64,000 nucleotides of DNA from Candidatus Aminicenantes bacterium (GTDB lineage: Bacteria; Acidobacteriota; Aminicenantia; Aminicenantales; JAFGBC01), in contig OY969696.1 of assembly GCA_963702005.1 (NCBI GenBank), forward strand, positions 288,001 to 352,000, read 5' to 3'. The number at the start of each line of letters is the position of its first letter. Positions within the stretch are counted from its first letter, which is position 1. Shown here one piece after another: positions 1-9,050 of this stretch. The notes beneath the pieces were generated by a model, which worked only from the letters and a program-made list of their open reading frames with translations, was not told where the DNA came from and searched no databases. Position numbers and translations under genes: made by a program.

Positions 1-629
1 ATCTCCTTGATCCTCATTCCGTGGATGACGCCCTGGGCGATGATCTCCGAGTCGAAGACGAAGTCGTCGGAGTTCGCTAAGAAATTCACGGCTTCGAGGT
101 AGCGGCGCGAATAAGCCCGCAGGCCCGAATGGTACTCGGTCAAGTACATGTAAAAGACGGCGTTCTCGACGGCCGTCAGGAAGATGTTGGCGAAATATTT
201 CCACTTGGGCATCCCGCCCTCGAGGGGCCGGCCGCCCAGCATCCGCGACCCGAACACGGCGTTGCACTCGCCCTCGAGGAGGGGCTGGACGAGCTGGGGA
301 ATGACCGTCGGGTCGTACTGGTGGTCGGGATGGACCATGACCATGATCTGGCCGCCTAGCTTGAGGGCTTCCGTGTAGCAAGTTTTCTGGTTCCCGCCGT
401 AGCCGCGGTTCCGGTCGTGGACGAAGACGCGCAGGCCAAGACGGCGGGCGAGCGCGGCCGTTCCGTCCCGCGAGCAGTCGTCGACCAGGATGATCTCGTC
501 GACCCAGCCGCGCGGGATATCGTCGAGCGTCCGCTCGAGGGTTCTTTCGGCGTTATAAGCCGGCATGACCACGACGACCTTAAGGCCCCTTTTGCTTTTC
601 CCGGACTGCCCGGTTTTTTTGATCGTCAT
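1..629 (-). CDS. Glycosyltransferase family 2 protein (DPM synthase-like), runs off the left edge
   Basis: Manual translation from ATG at 629: ...VVVVMPAYNAERTL...IILVDDCSRDGT...NRGYGGNQK...VHPDHQYDP...VFGSR. Not in the ORF track because the stop lies outside the window. Confidence 0.9.
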   Translation of the reverse strand, partial: MTIKKTGQSGKSKRGLKVVVVMPAYNAERTLERTLDDIPRGWVDEIILVDDCSRDGTAALARRLGLRVFVHDRNRGYGGNQKTCYTEALKLGGQIMVMVHPDHQYDPTVIPQLVQPLLEGECNAVFGSRMLGGRPLEGGMPKWKYFANIFLTAVENAVFYMYLTEYHSGLRAYSRRYLEAVNFLANSDDFVFDSEIIAQGVIHGMRIKE

Positions 630-722
630 GCGGATCTCGGGACTTCTTTTTTATACCATATTTCGGGATTCGCTGAAACCCAAAGCCCGCGAATGCCCCC
701 TTCGGAGCCGTCCCGGCTGCGG

Positions 723-739
723 CCGCTCGAAACGAGCGG
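723..739. terminator. Short GC hairpin just after the stop of the remnant paralog
   Basis: CCGCTCG-AAA-CGAGCGG perfect 7-bp stem; no clear U-tract. Confidence 0.35.
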
Positions 740-876
740 CTATTTGTAGATCAGGCCCCAGCTCTCGTTGGTGGAGGTTGCCATCCGCTCGATCTCATAA
801 GCGGCCAGATAGGAATTGTCCCAGCTGTTATGGACCATGATGTCCAAAAACATCCATGCGCTCGGGTCTCACGCAT
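740..876 (-). pseudogene. Collapsed third paralog of the two 455-aa secreted proteins (RBS+ATG joined out of frame to the last 42 codons)
   Basis: Minus strand 868..740 reads DPSAWMFLDIMVHNSWDNSYLAAYEIERMATSTNESWGLIYK*, matching the paralog ends DP...WGLIYK and DP...WGLTYK. AGGAGAAA-ATG at 876 lies directly upstream in another frame. Confidence 0.85.
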
Positions 877-1016
877 TTTCTCCTGGTTCAGAACTCGGAC
901 GTCCTGTTCGGAACGCCCATCATAACAAAAACAGCGGCACCCGCCCAGGAAAAAGAACGCCGGGCTTGAATGAAGGATCCGGATCCGCCGGAAGGAACGA
1001 GGGACGCTGCGGGGGA

Positions 1017-2384
1017 TTACTTGTAAATCAACCCCCAGTCTTCGAAATGAGCTTCAGAACTCAAGTAAATAATCATGTAAGTGATCAGGAAGCTTTTATC
1101 CTTGGCCCGGAATGTCAGGCCTCCTGGGATCATCCCGATCGTCGGGTCGAGGAAGGTCATCGTCAGGGGAATCGGGGCGACGACATAGTTCCCCTGCTTG
1201 TCCTCGAGACGCCCCCGCTCGTCCATATAGAAGCCCCACAGCTTCCCGCCGAAAAATTGACGCAAGGGCTTCTGGCTGCTCATGATCTTGTACTCGGAGC
1301 AGACCAGGAAGAACCTCTTCTCGGACTGGACGTACTGGACCAGGGGCTGCATCTGGAACGCCTCCCGCTTGGGGATCTTCAGAACCGCGCTCTTAAAGAC
1401 GCCGCCCGTATCCATCATCCGATAGCAGTTCTCCAGATATGTGATAGAGCCTTGGCTGGGATTGTCGGCGGAATTCCAGGATAGAAGGACAATGCCGTGA
1501 TCCTGGTCCAGGGCCGGCTGGACGTAGCCAAGAGACTTTAGTGTTCCGCCGGGATAAATCAGGCCGTTCGCGCCGTAATTCGTGAGCACCCGGCCCTTGA
1601 AGTCCGTGAACCAAACGACGGGTTTCACGTTTCCGCCCGGGGCGTCGTCGGCGCTCCCCCACAGGATTTTGTCCTCGAGGGGCAGGAGGAAGGCGGGATG
1701 GCCCTGGACCATGGTCTGCTGTCTGACCAGTCTCGGCCCGATAACCTTCTTGAAGTTCCGGTCGTAGACAGCCAGGTATTGGCCGTTGCGGGCGTCGCCG
1801 GCGTCTAGGAGTATGCAGCTCCACTGGACGACGAACTGGTTGGAGGCGGGGAGCCAGACGACTCTCACCGGCCCCGCCGTATATTCTCCCGACTTCGGCT
1901 TGATGATAAAGGGCGTCGCCTTTCCGCCGCGCGGCAGGCCGCGGCCGTCCAGGGCCAGGCCGTAGATTTGATCATCCGCCCCATCCGTCCCGACCATGAA
2001 GATCGTATTGTCCCGGCCGTTATAGCCCAGGCCCGTTTCTCCGATCGAATCGGGCTCATTCTCCCAGATTTTCTGCCAGGCGCTCGCCGGCTGTCCTTTC
2101 GGGTTGAGCTGGCGGCTATAGATGTTATCGGCGGCCGCTGTTCTCTCAAACAGAAATACGATATGGCGGTCGAGGACGGGATTGTAGACGCCGCCAATGA
2201 GCAGGAAACCGCTCTGGCGAAGGGGCGAGATCTGGAAGGCCTGGGGAAGGTCGGGAGGACTCCACGGCTCCATAAAGCGCGGACCGGCCGAGGCCCTCGA
2301 CGCCGAGTCCCGGGCCGCCGATGATCCTCCAGCCAAAGATATCGAACAAACAATGACTAGAAGGGCGGTAAGCGAGATTTTCAT
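1017..2384 (-). CDS. Secreted hypothetical protein, probable beta-propeller; paralog of 2407..3774
   Basis: 455-aa ORF with signal peptide, about 7 degenerate repeats (e.g. VYNPVLDRHIVFL, VVWLPASNQFVVQW, VQYVQSEKRFFLVC), C-terminus WGLIYK. Confidence 0.85.
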   Translation of the reverse strand: MKISLTALLVIVCSISLAGGSSAARDSASRASAGPRFMEPWSPPDLPQAFQISPLRQSGFLLIGGVYNPVLDRHIVFLFERTAAADNIYSRQLNPKGQPASAWQKIWENEPDSIGETGLGYNGRDNTIFMVGTDGADDQIYGLALDGRGLPRGGKATPFIIKPKSGEYTAGPVRVVWLPASNQFVVQWSCILLDAGDARNGQYLAVYDRNFKKVIGPRLVRQQTMVQGHPAFLLPLEDKILWGSADDAPGGNVKPVVWFTDFKGRVLTNYGANGLIYPGGTLKSLGYVQPALDQDHGIVLLSWNSADNPSQGSITYLENCYRMMDTGGVFKSAVLKIPKREAFQMQPLVQYVQSEKRFFLVCSEYKIMSSQKPLRQFFGGKLWGFYMDERGRLEDKQGNYVVAPIPLTMTFLDPTIGMIPGGLTFRAKDKSFLITYMIIYLSSEAHFEDWGLIYK

Positions 2385-2406
2385 GGAGTTCCGGGTTTCT
2401 GGCCGT

Positions 2407-3774
2407 CTATTTATAGGTCAGTCCCCAAGCTTCTGATGTCTGGCCCAAGACCTGCTCCAACTCGTAGGCGACGAACAGCGCGCCCTCCCGGGCCGGTCCC
2501 GTCAGAGACTGCAGGATCATCCCGACCTTGGGATCCGTGAACGTCCCGGTCAGCGGGACGGGAACGGCGGCCGCCCCCCCCGCCTTGGTCACCAGGTTTC
2601 CCCGGGAATCCATGTAAAAGCCCCAGAGCTTGCCCCCGTAATCGATAAGCCTCGGATTAATCGTGCCGACGTCCTGATATTCCGGGCAGACCAGAAAATA
2701 CCTTTTTTCGGAGGCAAGATACATGGTCCGGGGCGCGGTCTGGAAAGGCTGTTTTTTGGGGATTTTCCGGATAGCGTTCAGGAAGCTCCCATCAGAATTC
2801 AGGAGGCGGTAGTGGTTTTCCGCCTTTGTCTGGTCCCAGGGGAATAGCTGGTCCGCGGCGTTCCAGACAAGGAGGACCGTACCCGTGTTGGTATCCAGGA
2901 CAGGGTGGACGTATCCGCTGTATCCCCCGGCCGGTTCCGGGTAGGCGAAACCCTCCGCCCCGAATCCGGTCTGGATTTTGCCTTTGAAATCCGTAAGCCA
3001 AACGACGGGTTTGAGCTTCGTCCCAGCCCCGTCCTCGGCCGATCCCCAGAGCAGGCCGTTTGCGAGAGGACAGAGATAGGAGACGCAGTTGTTGTTCTTG
3101 GCCGTCTGCTGTCGGACGTGGCGCGGTCCCGCGACGCGGACGAAATCCTTATCGTAGACGGACAGGTAGTGCCCGTTGAGGGGGTCGAGCGGCTTTTCCC
3201 ACCAGGAGTGCCCCCAGGTCACCGCGTATTGGTTCGTGGCCGGTATCCAGTAGACTTTGGGGATTAATCCCGAGTATACCGTCGAGTGCGGCTTGATTTC
3301 GATTATGGTCAGCACCCCGCCCGGAAGGCGGCCGGAGCCGTCGAGAGGAATGCCTCTGATCTCGTCGTAGGTGCCCTCGCCCCCGACCAGAAAGATCTCG
3401 TCTTCGACGGGATTGTAGGCGAAGCTGAGCCGGCCCATGGTCTTGGGATTCGCATCAAAAAGCTTGACCGGGCTTCCCAACGCCCGACCTTGTGCGTCGA
3501 AGACGCGGCTGTAGACGGTATCCCGGGCAAAGCTCTCGATGTAGAAAGCTATGAAGCGGTCGGTCCGGGAATTATAGACGGCGTCCAGGTAGTAAAACTT
3601 CCCCTTGTACGGCGGCGTGATCCGGAAGGCTTGGGGAAGGGCGGGCGGACTCCCCGGCTTCATAAAGCGCGGGGCGGCCGCAGCGCTCGACGCGGCCCTG
3701 GGATAAGGGATGACTCCTCCGGCCAAGAGTAATAAGAACAGCGCGGAGATCACGGAACGAGGCCGAACTTTCAT
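2407..3774 (-). CDS. Secreted hypothetical protein, probable beta-propeller; paralog of 1017..2384
   Basis: 455-aa ORF, AAGGAGG RBS, signal peptide; shares PRFM.P.SPP.LPQAF, VRQQT, WGSA.D, KPVVW.TDFKG, GGKLWGFYMD and WGL.YK blocks with its neighbour. Confidence 0.85.
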   Translation of the reverse strand: MKVRPRSVISALFLLLLAGGVIPYPRAASSAAAAPRFMKPGSPPALPQAFRITPPYKGKFYYLDAVYNSRTDRFIAFYIESFARDTVYSRVFDAQGRALGSPVKLFDANPKTMGRLSFAYNPVEDEIFLVGGEGTYDEIRGIPLDGSGRLPGGVLTIIEIKPHSTVYSGLIPKVYWIPATNQYAVTWGHSWWEKPLDPLNGHYLSVYDKDFVRVAGPRHVRQQTAKNNNCVSYLCPLANGLLWGSAEDGAGTKLKPVVWLTDFKGKIQTGFGAEGFAYPEPAGGYSGYVHPVLDTNTGTVLLVWNAADQLFPWDQTKAENHYRLLNSDGSFLNAIRKIPKKQPFQTAPRTMYLASEKRYFLVCPEYQDVGTINPRLIDYGGKLWGFYMDSRGNLVTKAGGAAAVPVPLTGTFTDPKVGMILQSLTGPAREGALFVAYELEQVLGQTSEAWGLTYK

Positions 3775-3854
3775 TGTTTCCTCCTTGGTGTTGATATTAT
3801 ACTCAAGCCGAGCCGCCGTTCAATTAGGAATATATCGGAACACCCTCATAATTA

Positions 3855-3883
3855 TTGACAATCCGCGCCGCCGGTGCTATAAA
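3855..3883 (+). promoter_or_regulatory. Sigma70-type promoter upstream of the cysteine synthase family gene
   Basis: TTGACA-17 bp-TATAAA with TG extension. Confidence 0.6.
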
Positions 3884-3911
3884 ACGCCTTTTGGCGGGAA
3901 GGGAAATAAGC

Positions 3912-4898
3912 ATGCCCGACTATCGCGTCTACGACACCATCCTGGACGGCGTCGGCCGCACGCCGCTTCTCCGCCTGGCCCGGCTCGGCGCCGGCCTCGA
4001 AGCCGAGATTTTCGCCAAGCTCGAGTTCCTGAACCCGATGGGAAGCATCAAGGACCGGATCGCCAAATACATGATCGAGAAAGCCGAGCGCGAGGGCCGG
4101 ATCCGGCCCGGCGACACGATCGTCGACAACTCCTCGGGGAACACGGCCCTCGGCCTGGCCATGGTCTGCGCCCTCAAGGGCTACCGGGTCAAGATGGTCG
4201 TCCGGGACAGCCTCAGCCCCGAAAAGGTCAAGTTCCTCAAGGCCCTCGACGTCGAGGTCGTCAAGGTCGACCACAAGCTCCCGCCCGAATCCCCCGACAG
4301 CTACAACAACATCACGCCCCGGATCGCCCGCGAGACGCCCCGCGGTTTTTACCTCGACCAGCACAACAACCGCGACAACAACGAATGCCACTATCGGACG
4401 ACCGGCCCCGAGATTTGGGAGCAGATGGAGGGACGGATCGACCTGGTCGTGGCCGGGGTCGGCACGGGCGGCACCCTGGGCGGGACCGCCCGGTTCCTCA
4501 AGGAAAAGGATACGAGCATCCGGGTCGTCGGAGTCGACCCCGAGGGATCTGTTTTCTACGACTACTTCCACTCCAAGACCCTCGTCCGGCCGGCCTCCTA
4601 CGCCATCGAGGGTTTGGGAGACGAATTCCTGATCGGGTGCGTCGACTTCGACGTCATGGACGACATGATCAGGGTCACGGACAAGGACGCCTTCGCCATG
4701 ACCCGAAGGCTGGTCAAAACCGAGGGGCTTCTCGTCGGCGGGTCGAGCGGGGCCGCGGCTTGGGCCGCCCTCAAGCTCGCCTGGGAGCTCGGCCGCCCGG
4801 CCCGGATCGTGACCGTTTTCCCGGACTCGGCCGGCCGCTACTTGAGCACGATCTTCAACGACGCCTGGCTCCGCGAGCGGGGGCTCAAGCCGTCTTGA
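3912..4898 (+). CDS. PLP-dependent cysteine synthase / cystathionine beta-synthase family protein
   Basis: GRTPL, KLEFLNPMGSIKDR (PLP lysine), SSGNT, GVGTGGT, EGLLVGGSSG, FPDS.GRY motifs. Confidence 0.93.
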   Translation: MPDYRVYDTILDGVGRTPLLRLARLGAGLEAEIFAKLEFLNPMGSIKDRIAKYMIEKAEREGRIRPGDTIVDNSSGNTALGLAMVCALKGYRVKMVVRDSLSPEKVKFLKALDVEVVKVDHKLPPESPDSYNNITPRIARETPRGFYLDQHNNRDNNECHYRTTGPEIWEQMEGRIDLVVAGVGTGGTLGGTARFLKEKDTSIRVVGVDPEGSVFYDYFHSKTLVRPASYAIEGLGDEFLIGCVDFDVMDDMIRVTDKDAFAMTRRLVKTEGLLVGGSSGAAAWAALKLAWELGRPARIVTVFPDSAGRYLSTIFNDAWLRERGLKPS

Positions 4899-4931
4899 CA
4901 TCCGTTCCCGACTCGACTATACCTCTGGACG

Positions 4932-7316
4932 ATGAAGCCTCGCGTTTCGCCCGCGGCCGTCGCCCTGCTGTTCCCGGCGGCGGGCGGCCTCGCGCTTTTT
5001 GTTATGACCTGGGCGCGCTCGGGCCGCTTCACCATCCTTGATCATGGCTTCCGGTTCGATCCCATTCCCTTTCTTGGGCTGACGATTCTTTTTTTCCTCG
5101 GGCTGGCTTTCGCCTGGATCGGCGCGGCTCGGCTCGAAGCCGGCGCCGATCGGGTTCGCTTCCCGGACGCGCTCAAGTCGGGCCTCCTCTCTTGGTTCCC
5201 GCTTTTATTCCTGCTCCTCTCGCCGATCTTGTTAAACGATTATCTGGACCGGGGCGATTTCAGGCGCCGGCTCCTCACCCTTGGCTTAGCCGTCCTGGCC
5301 GCCCTCCTTTATCTTAAAGCCGTCGACCTCGGCCCCGCCCTCACAGCCCGGACCGGGAGACTCAAGAAATGGGAAGAGACATTCGCGGCCCTGCCCATCC
5401 GGAAAAAGCTCGTCATCCTCTTCCTGGCCGCCTTTCTCATCTACAACCTGGCGACCCTGGTCCTCGTCCTCCGGGGGATCACGTTCACGGGGGACGAACC
5501 GAACTACCTCATGACGACCCACAGCCTGTTTCGGGACGGCGATATCAACCTGGCCAACAACTACGCCCAGAAAGATTATTTTCAATTCTATTCCCAGAAG
5601 GATAACCCGCGCCTCAAGCTCGCCGTCTACGCCCGCCACGGAAAGAAGGGGCCGGACTTCGTCTATCCCATCAACCTGCCCGGGCTCTCGGTCTTGCTTC
5701 TTCCCCGCTATGCGCTCTCGCGGCTTTTCGAGGGCGGGGCGCGGACCTTCCTCATCAAAGGGAGCCTGGCCGTCTGGGCCGCGCTCCTCGGCCTCCAAGT
5801 CTACCTGCTCATCCTGCGGCTATGGCGAAACGAGAGGCGGTCGCTCGGCGTCTGGTTCCTCTACTCGTTCACGGCGCCGGTTCTTTTCTTCGCCAGCCAC
5901 CTTTACCCGGAAGTCTTCATCGCTTTCTGCTCGGTCCTCATCTACAGGCGGCTCACGGATGACCGCCCTATCTCGACGGGGACGGCCCTGGCCCTCGGCT
6001 TTCTGCTCTCGACCTTCCTCTGGTTCGGCGTCAAGTACAATTTTTTGTTCGGTCCGCTGGCCATCTTCGGCGTCTATCATATTTTCCGAAAGGGGCGCGA
6101 TTGGCCGAGGGCCGTCGCCTTCGCCGCCCTCCCCGTCCTTTCGCTGCTGCTGTTCGCCTTCTTCGTCTGGACGCTTTACGGGACGTTCTCGCCCTTCGCC
6201 GTCTACGAGGGCGTCATGACGGCCGAGAAAGCCCAATCCTTCAAGGAGGCGCTGCTCGGGATTCCCCTCCTCCAGAGGGTCGAGACGTTCTTCGACTACT
6301 TCCTGGATCAGAGGGACGGGCTCATCCTCTACGCCCCGTTCGCCGCGTTTACCCTGCTCGGGATGGTCGAGATGTTCCGGCGCCGCCGGCGCGAAGTCTG
6401 GTGGATCCTGTTTCTAACCATGCCCTTTCTCCTTAATTACGCTTTCTTCACCCACCGGCAGGGCTACTCCCCTCAGGGGCGGGTCCTGATGCCCATCTCC
6501 TGGGCCGGCGCCATCTTCATTGGGTATTTCCTGGCTTATAACATCAAGAGAATATTCGCCTATCTGTTCAAGGCCGCCGCTCTAGCGAGCTTCGCCTTGG
6601 CGGGATTGCTTTTAGCCCATCCACCTTTCCTTTACCAGTCGACCACCCATGAGTTCACGGACCGGGCCGGCGACCTGTTCGTTTATCTCTCCAATGTCCG
6701 CTTTTTCCTGCCCGGTTTTCTGCCTTCCTTCATCAAGGTCGACAACGTCGGCTACGGACCCAATTATGCCTGGATCCTCGGCCTGGCGCTCTTCGTCATC
6801 TGGTACGCGCGATCTCAAAAGCCGGGGACGCTCCGGCCTGTATTTCACCGGGCGGTCGCCTTGGTTTTTCTCGGGGCGGCCGTATTTCTGTGGTGTCTCT
6901 TCCCGCGAACCATGCCCTATGCGGCAACAACCGTGATCTACTCGCCCCAGACGGAGCTCGGGTTTTACGCCTTCCCTTGGGGACGGGGCATCGTAATCAG
7001 GAAAACCGGAACCCTCTACATCCACGAGCCCAAGGATTACACAATCCTGTTCAGCTCGAGGGCGAAGCTTGATACGATCACGCTCCGTTTCGGGTCGGAA
7101 AAAGGGGATTACGCGGTCGAGGCCCGCCTTTTCGACCTCCCCCTCCTCGACGAGCGGACGAGCTTCGCCAAGAAGGAGGTCGTCGTCAGCCCTCCGGCTT
7201 ATTATCCTTATCGAAACCTGAGCCTCTACGAGATCAAGCTCAGACTCCGCCATCTGTCGGACGAATCCATGCAGCTCGCCCCTTACCCGTTCCAGGTCGT
7301 CCCGGTTCGGGAGTAG
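4932..7316 (+). CDS. Large polytopic membrane protein, probable GT-C fold glycosyltransferase
   Basis: 794 aa, many TM segments, TGDEPNYL acidic loop motif, LYPE and QGR motifs reminiscent of ArnT/PMT-like enzymes. Confidence 0.65.
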   Translation: MKPRVSPAAVALLFPAAGGLALFVMTWARSGRFTILDHGFRFDPIPFLGLTILFFLGLAFAWIGAARLEAGADRVRFPDALKSGLLSWFPLLFLLLSPILLNDYLDRGDFRRRLLTLGLAVLAALLYLKAVDLGPALTARTGRLKKWEETFAALPIRKKLVILFLAAFLIYNLATLVLVLRGITFTGDEPNYLMTTHSLFRDGDINLANNYAQKDYFQFYSQKDNPRLKLAVYARHGKKGPDFVYPINLPGLSVLLLPRYALSRLFEGGARTFLIKGSLAVWAALLGLQVYLLILRLWRNERRSLGVWFLYSFTAPVLFFASHLYPEVFIAFCSVLIYRRLTDDRPISTGTALALGFLLSTFLWFGVKYNFLFGPLAIFGVYHIFRKGRDWPRAVAFAALPVLSLLLFAFFVWTLYGTFSPFAVYEGVMTAEKAQSFKEALLGIPLLQRVETFFDYFLDQRDGLILYAPFAAFTLLGMVEMFRRRRREVWWILFLTMPFLLNYAFFTHRQGYSPQGRVLMPISWAGAIFIGYFLAYNIKRIFAYLFKAAALASFALAGLLLAHPPFLYQSTTHEFTDRAGDLFVYLSNVRFFLPGFLPSFIKVDNVGYGPNYAWILGLALFVIWYARSQKPGTLRPVFHRAVALVFLGAAVFLWCLFPRTMPYAATTVIYSPQTELGFYAFPWGRGIVIRKTGTLYIHEPKDYTILFSSRAKLDTITLRFGSEKGDYAVEARLFDLPLLDERTSFAKKEVVVSPPAYYPYRNLSLYEIKLRLRHLSDESMQLAPYPFQVVPVRE

Positions 7317-7542
7317 TTCCCAAGTCACCCAAACGATCTTCCTCGTCAACCTGGACTTCACCGCCCCCCGGCTCCTTTTGACGCCCGAGGCCGGGTGGGC
7401 GGATGTCCTTGATCGTCGTCGCCCCCAAGATCAAGTTCGGCCTGACCTTCGCCCTGCTCTTCATTGCCGTCATGGTGGCCATCGACCTCATCAAGAGCTT
7501 GACCGTCCTCGGCTGGAAACACCTGGCAAATAATAAGACTAT

Positions 7543-7580
7543 ATTGCATTAATATGCCAATTATGGCATATTAATGCAAT
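7543..7580. promoter_or_regulatory. Perfect 17-bp inverted repeat, probable AbiEi autorepression operator
   Basis: ATTGCATTAATATGCCA-atta-TGGCATATTAATGCAAT; right arm overlaps the abiEi ATG at 7579. Confidence 0.8.
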
Positions 7581-8205
7581 GCGTTTTGACGAACTCCTGC
7601 GGATCGTCGCCAAGGAGGCCGTCTTTCGGTCAAGCTTTCTGACGGCCGAATCCGCCGACGCCAACGATCTGGGAAGACAACTGTCTCGGTGGGTCAAGTC
7701 CGGCCGGCTCATCCAGTTGCGCCGGGGCGTCTACGCTCTCTCTGAGCGCTATCGAAAAAGCGATCCTCACCCTTTTACGGCCGCCAACCTCATGAAACTC
7801 GCTTCCTATGTAAGCCTCCAATCGGCCCTGGAATTTTACGGCCTAATTCCCGAACATGTGCCCTCCGTGACAAGCGTCACGACGGGGCGCCCGGAACATT
7901 TTAGCAACCCGCTCGGATCGTTTTTTTACAGGCATATCCGCAAGACGTTCTTCTTCGGATATCGCCGCCTCGACCTCGGGCAGGGATTGAGCGCTTTCGT
8001 GGCCGATCCCGAGAAGGCTCTCCTGGACCTGCTCTACCTGACGCCCGGATCCGGTGATCCAGCCTATCTCCGTGAGCTCAGACTGCAAAATCTCGCGTCT
8101 TTGAACATGGAACGTTTTAAGAACCTTGCGGCCCAAACGAAGAGCCCGAAGCTCCTTGCGGCTTACTTAAGAATCCACAAGCTTCGGAAGGAGGACCGGA
8201 CATGA
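7579..8205 (+). CDS. Type IV toxin-antitoxin antitoxin, AbiEi family
   Basis: N-terminal wHTH (LSRWVKSGRLIQLRRGVY), SYVSLQSALEFYGLIPE, ADPEKALLDLLY; ATGA overlap with the toxin gene. Confidence 0.9.
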   Translation: MRFDELLRIVAKEAVFRSSFLTAESADANDLGRQLSRWVKSGRLIQLRRGVYALSERYRKSDPHPFTAANLMKLASYVSLQSALEFYGLIPEHVPSVTSVTTGRPEHFSNPLGSFFYRHIRKTFFFGYRRLDLGQGLSAFVADPEKALLDLLYLTPGSGDPAYLRELRLQNLASLNMERFKNLAAQTKSPKLLAAYLRIHKLRKEDRT

Positions 8206-9026
8206 AAGACTACCTGCGGCAGATCGTCGCCGAAGCGCCCGACCGCTTGCGGGCCAGGAGTCTGGCCAGGGAATACGTTCAAGCCAGGATAATGCAGATG
8301 CTCCAGGAGAACGGAGCTTCCCGGCGCTGGATCTTTCATGGCGGAACGGCCCTGCGCTTTCTCTACGGTCTTCCTAGATATTCCGAGGACCTGGACTTCG
8401 CTTTGGACAAGCCGGGGACCGAGCCGGACTTCTCGAACCTCGTGGAATCCGTCCGACGCGGATTCCAGGCCGAAGCTTACGACGTCGTGATGACAGTTCA
8501 GCAAAGGACCGCCGTCTTATCGGCGTTTGTCCGGTTCAAAGGCCTGTATTACGAACTCGGCCTGTCTCCGCGCCGTTCGGAAGTCCTGTCGGTCAAAATC
8601 GAGCTGGACTCCCAGCCCCCCGCCCGCGGACAAACGGAAACCTCCGTGATCCGCCGCTATACGGCCATTTTGAACTTCAAACATTACGATAAGTCCTCGT
8701 TGCTGAGCGGCAAACTCCACGCCCTTCTCGCCCGTCCCTACACGAAAGGCCGGGACCTATATGATCTTTTTTGGTACCTGTCCGATCGGAGCTGGCCGGA
8801 GCCGAACATCCCCTTCTTGGCGGCCGCCCTCCGCCAGACGCGGTGGGCGGGACCTAAACTCGCCAAGGATAATTGGAAATCCGTGATCGCAAGGAAACTC
8901 GGACGTCTGAACTGGAAGAAAGCCGTCGCTGACGTCCGCCCCTTTCTCGAACGCCCCGCCGAGCTGGATCAATTAACAAAGGAAAACGTCTTGCTCCTGC
9001 TCAAGAGAGACCGTATTTCTGTTTGA
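8202..9026 (+). CDS. Type IV TA toxin, AbiEii/AbiGii nucleotidyltransferase
   Basis: FHGGTALR, RYSEDLDF, KLHALL, KGRDLYDL motifs. Confidence 0.93.
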   Translation: MKDYLRQIVAEAPDRLRARSLAREYVQARIMQMLQENGASRRWIFHGGTALRFLYGLPRYSEDLDFALDKPGTEPDFSNLVESVRRGFQAEAYDVVMTVQQRTAVLSAFVRFKGLYYELGLSPRRSEVLSVKIELDSQPPARGQTETSVIRRYTAILNFKHYDKSSLLSGKLHALLARPYTKGRDLYDLFWYLSDRSWPEPNIPFLAAALRQTRWAGPKLAKDNWKSVIARKLGRLNWKKAVADVRPFLERPAELDQLTKENVLLLLKRDRISV

Positions 9027-9050
9027 TTAATCATCAGTATTTATATTCGC

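Noticed and set aside
1017-3774. Paralog array as a target of a diversity-generating retroelement
   Set aside because: No reverse transcriptase and no near-identical TR/VR pair with adenine-specific mismatches in the window.
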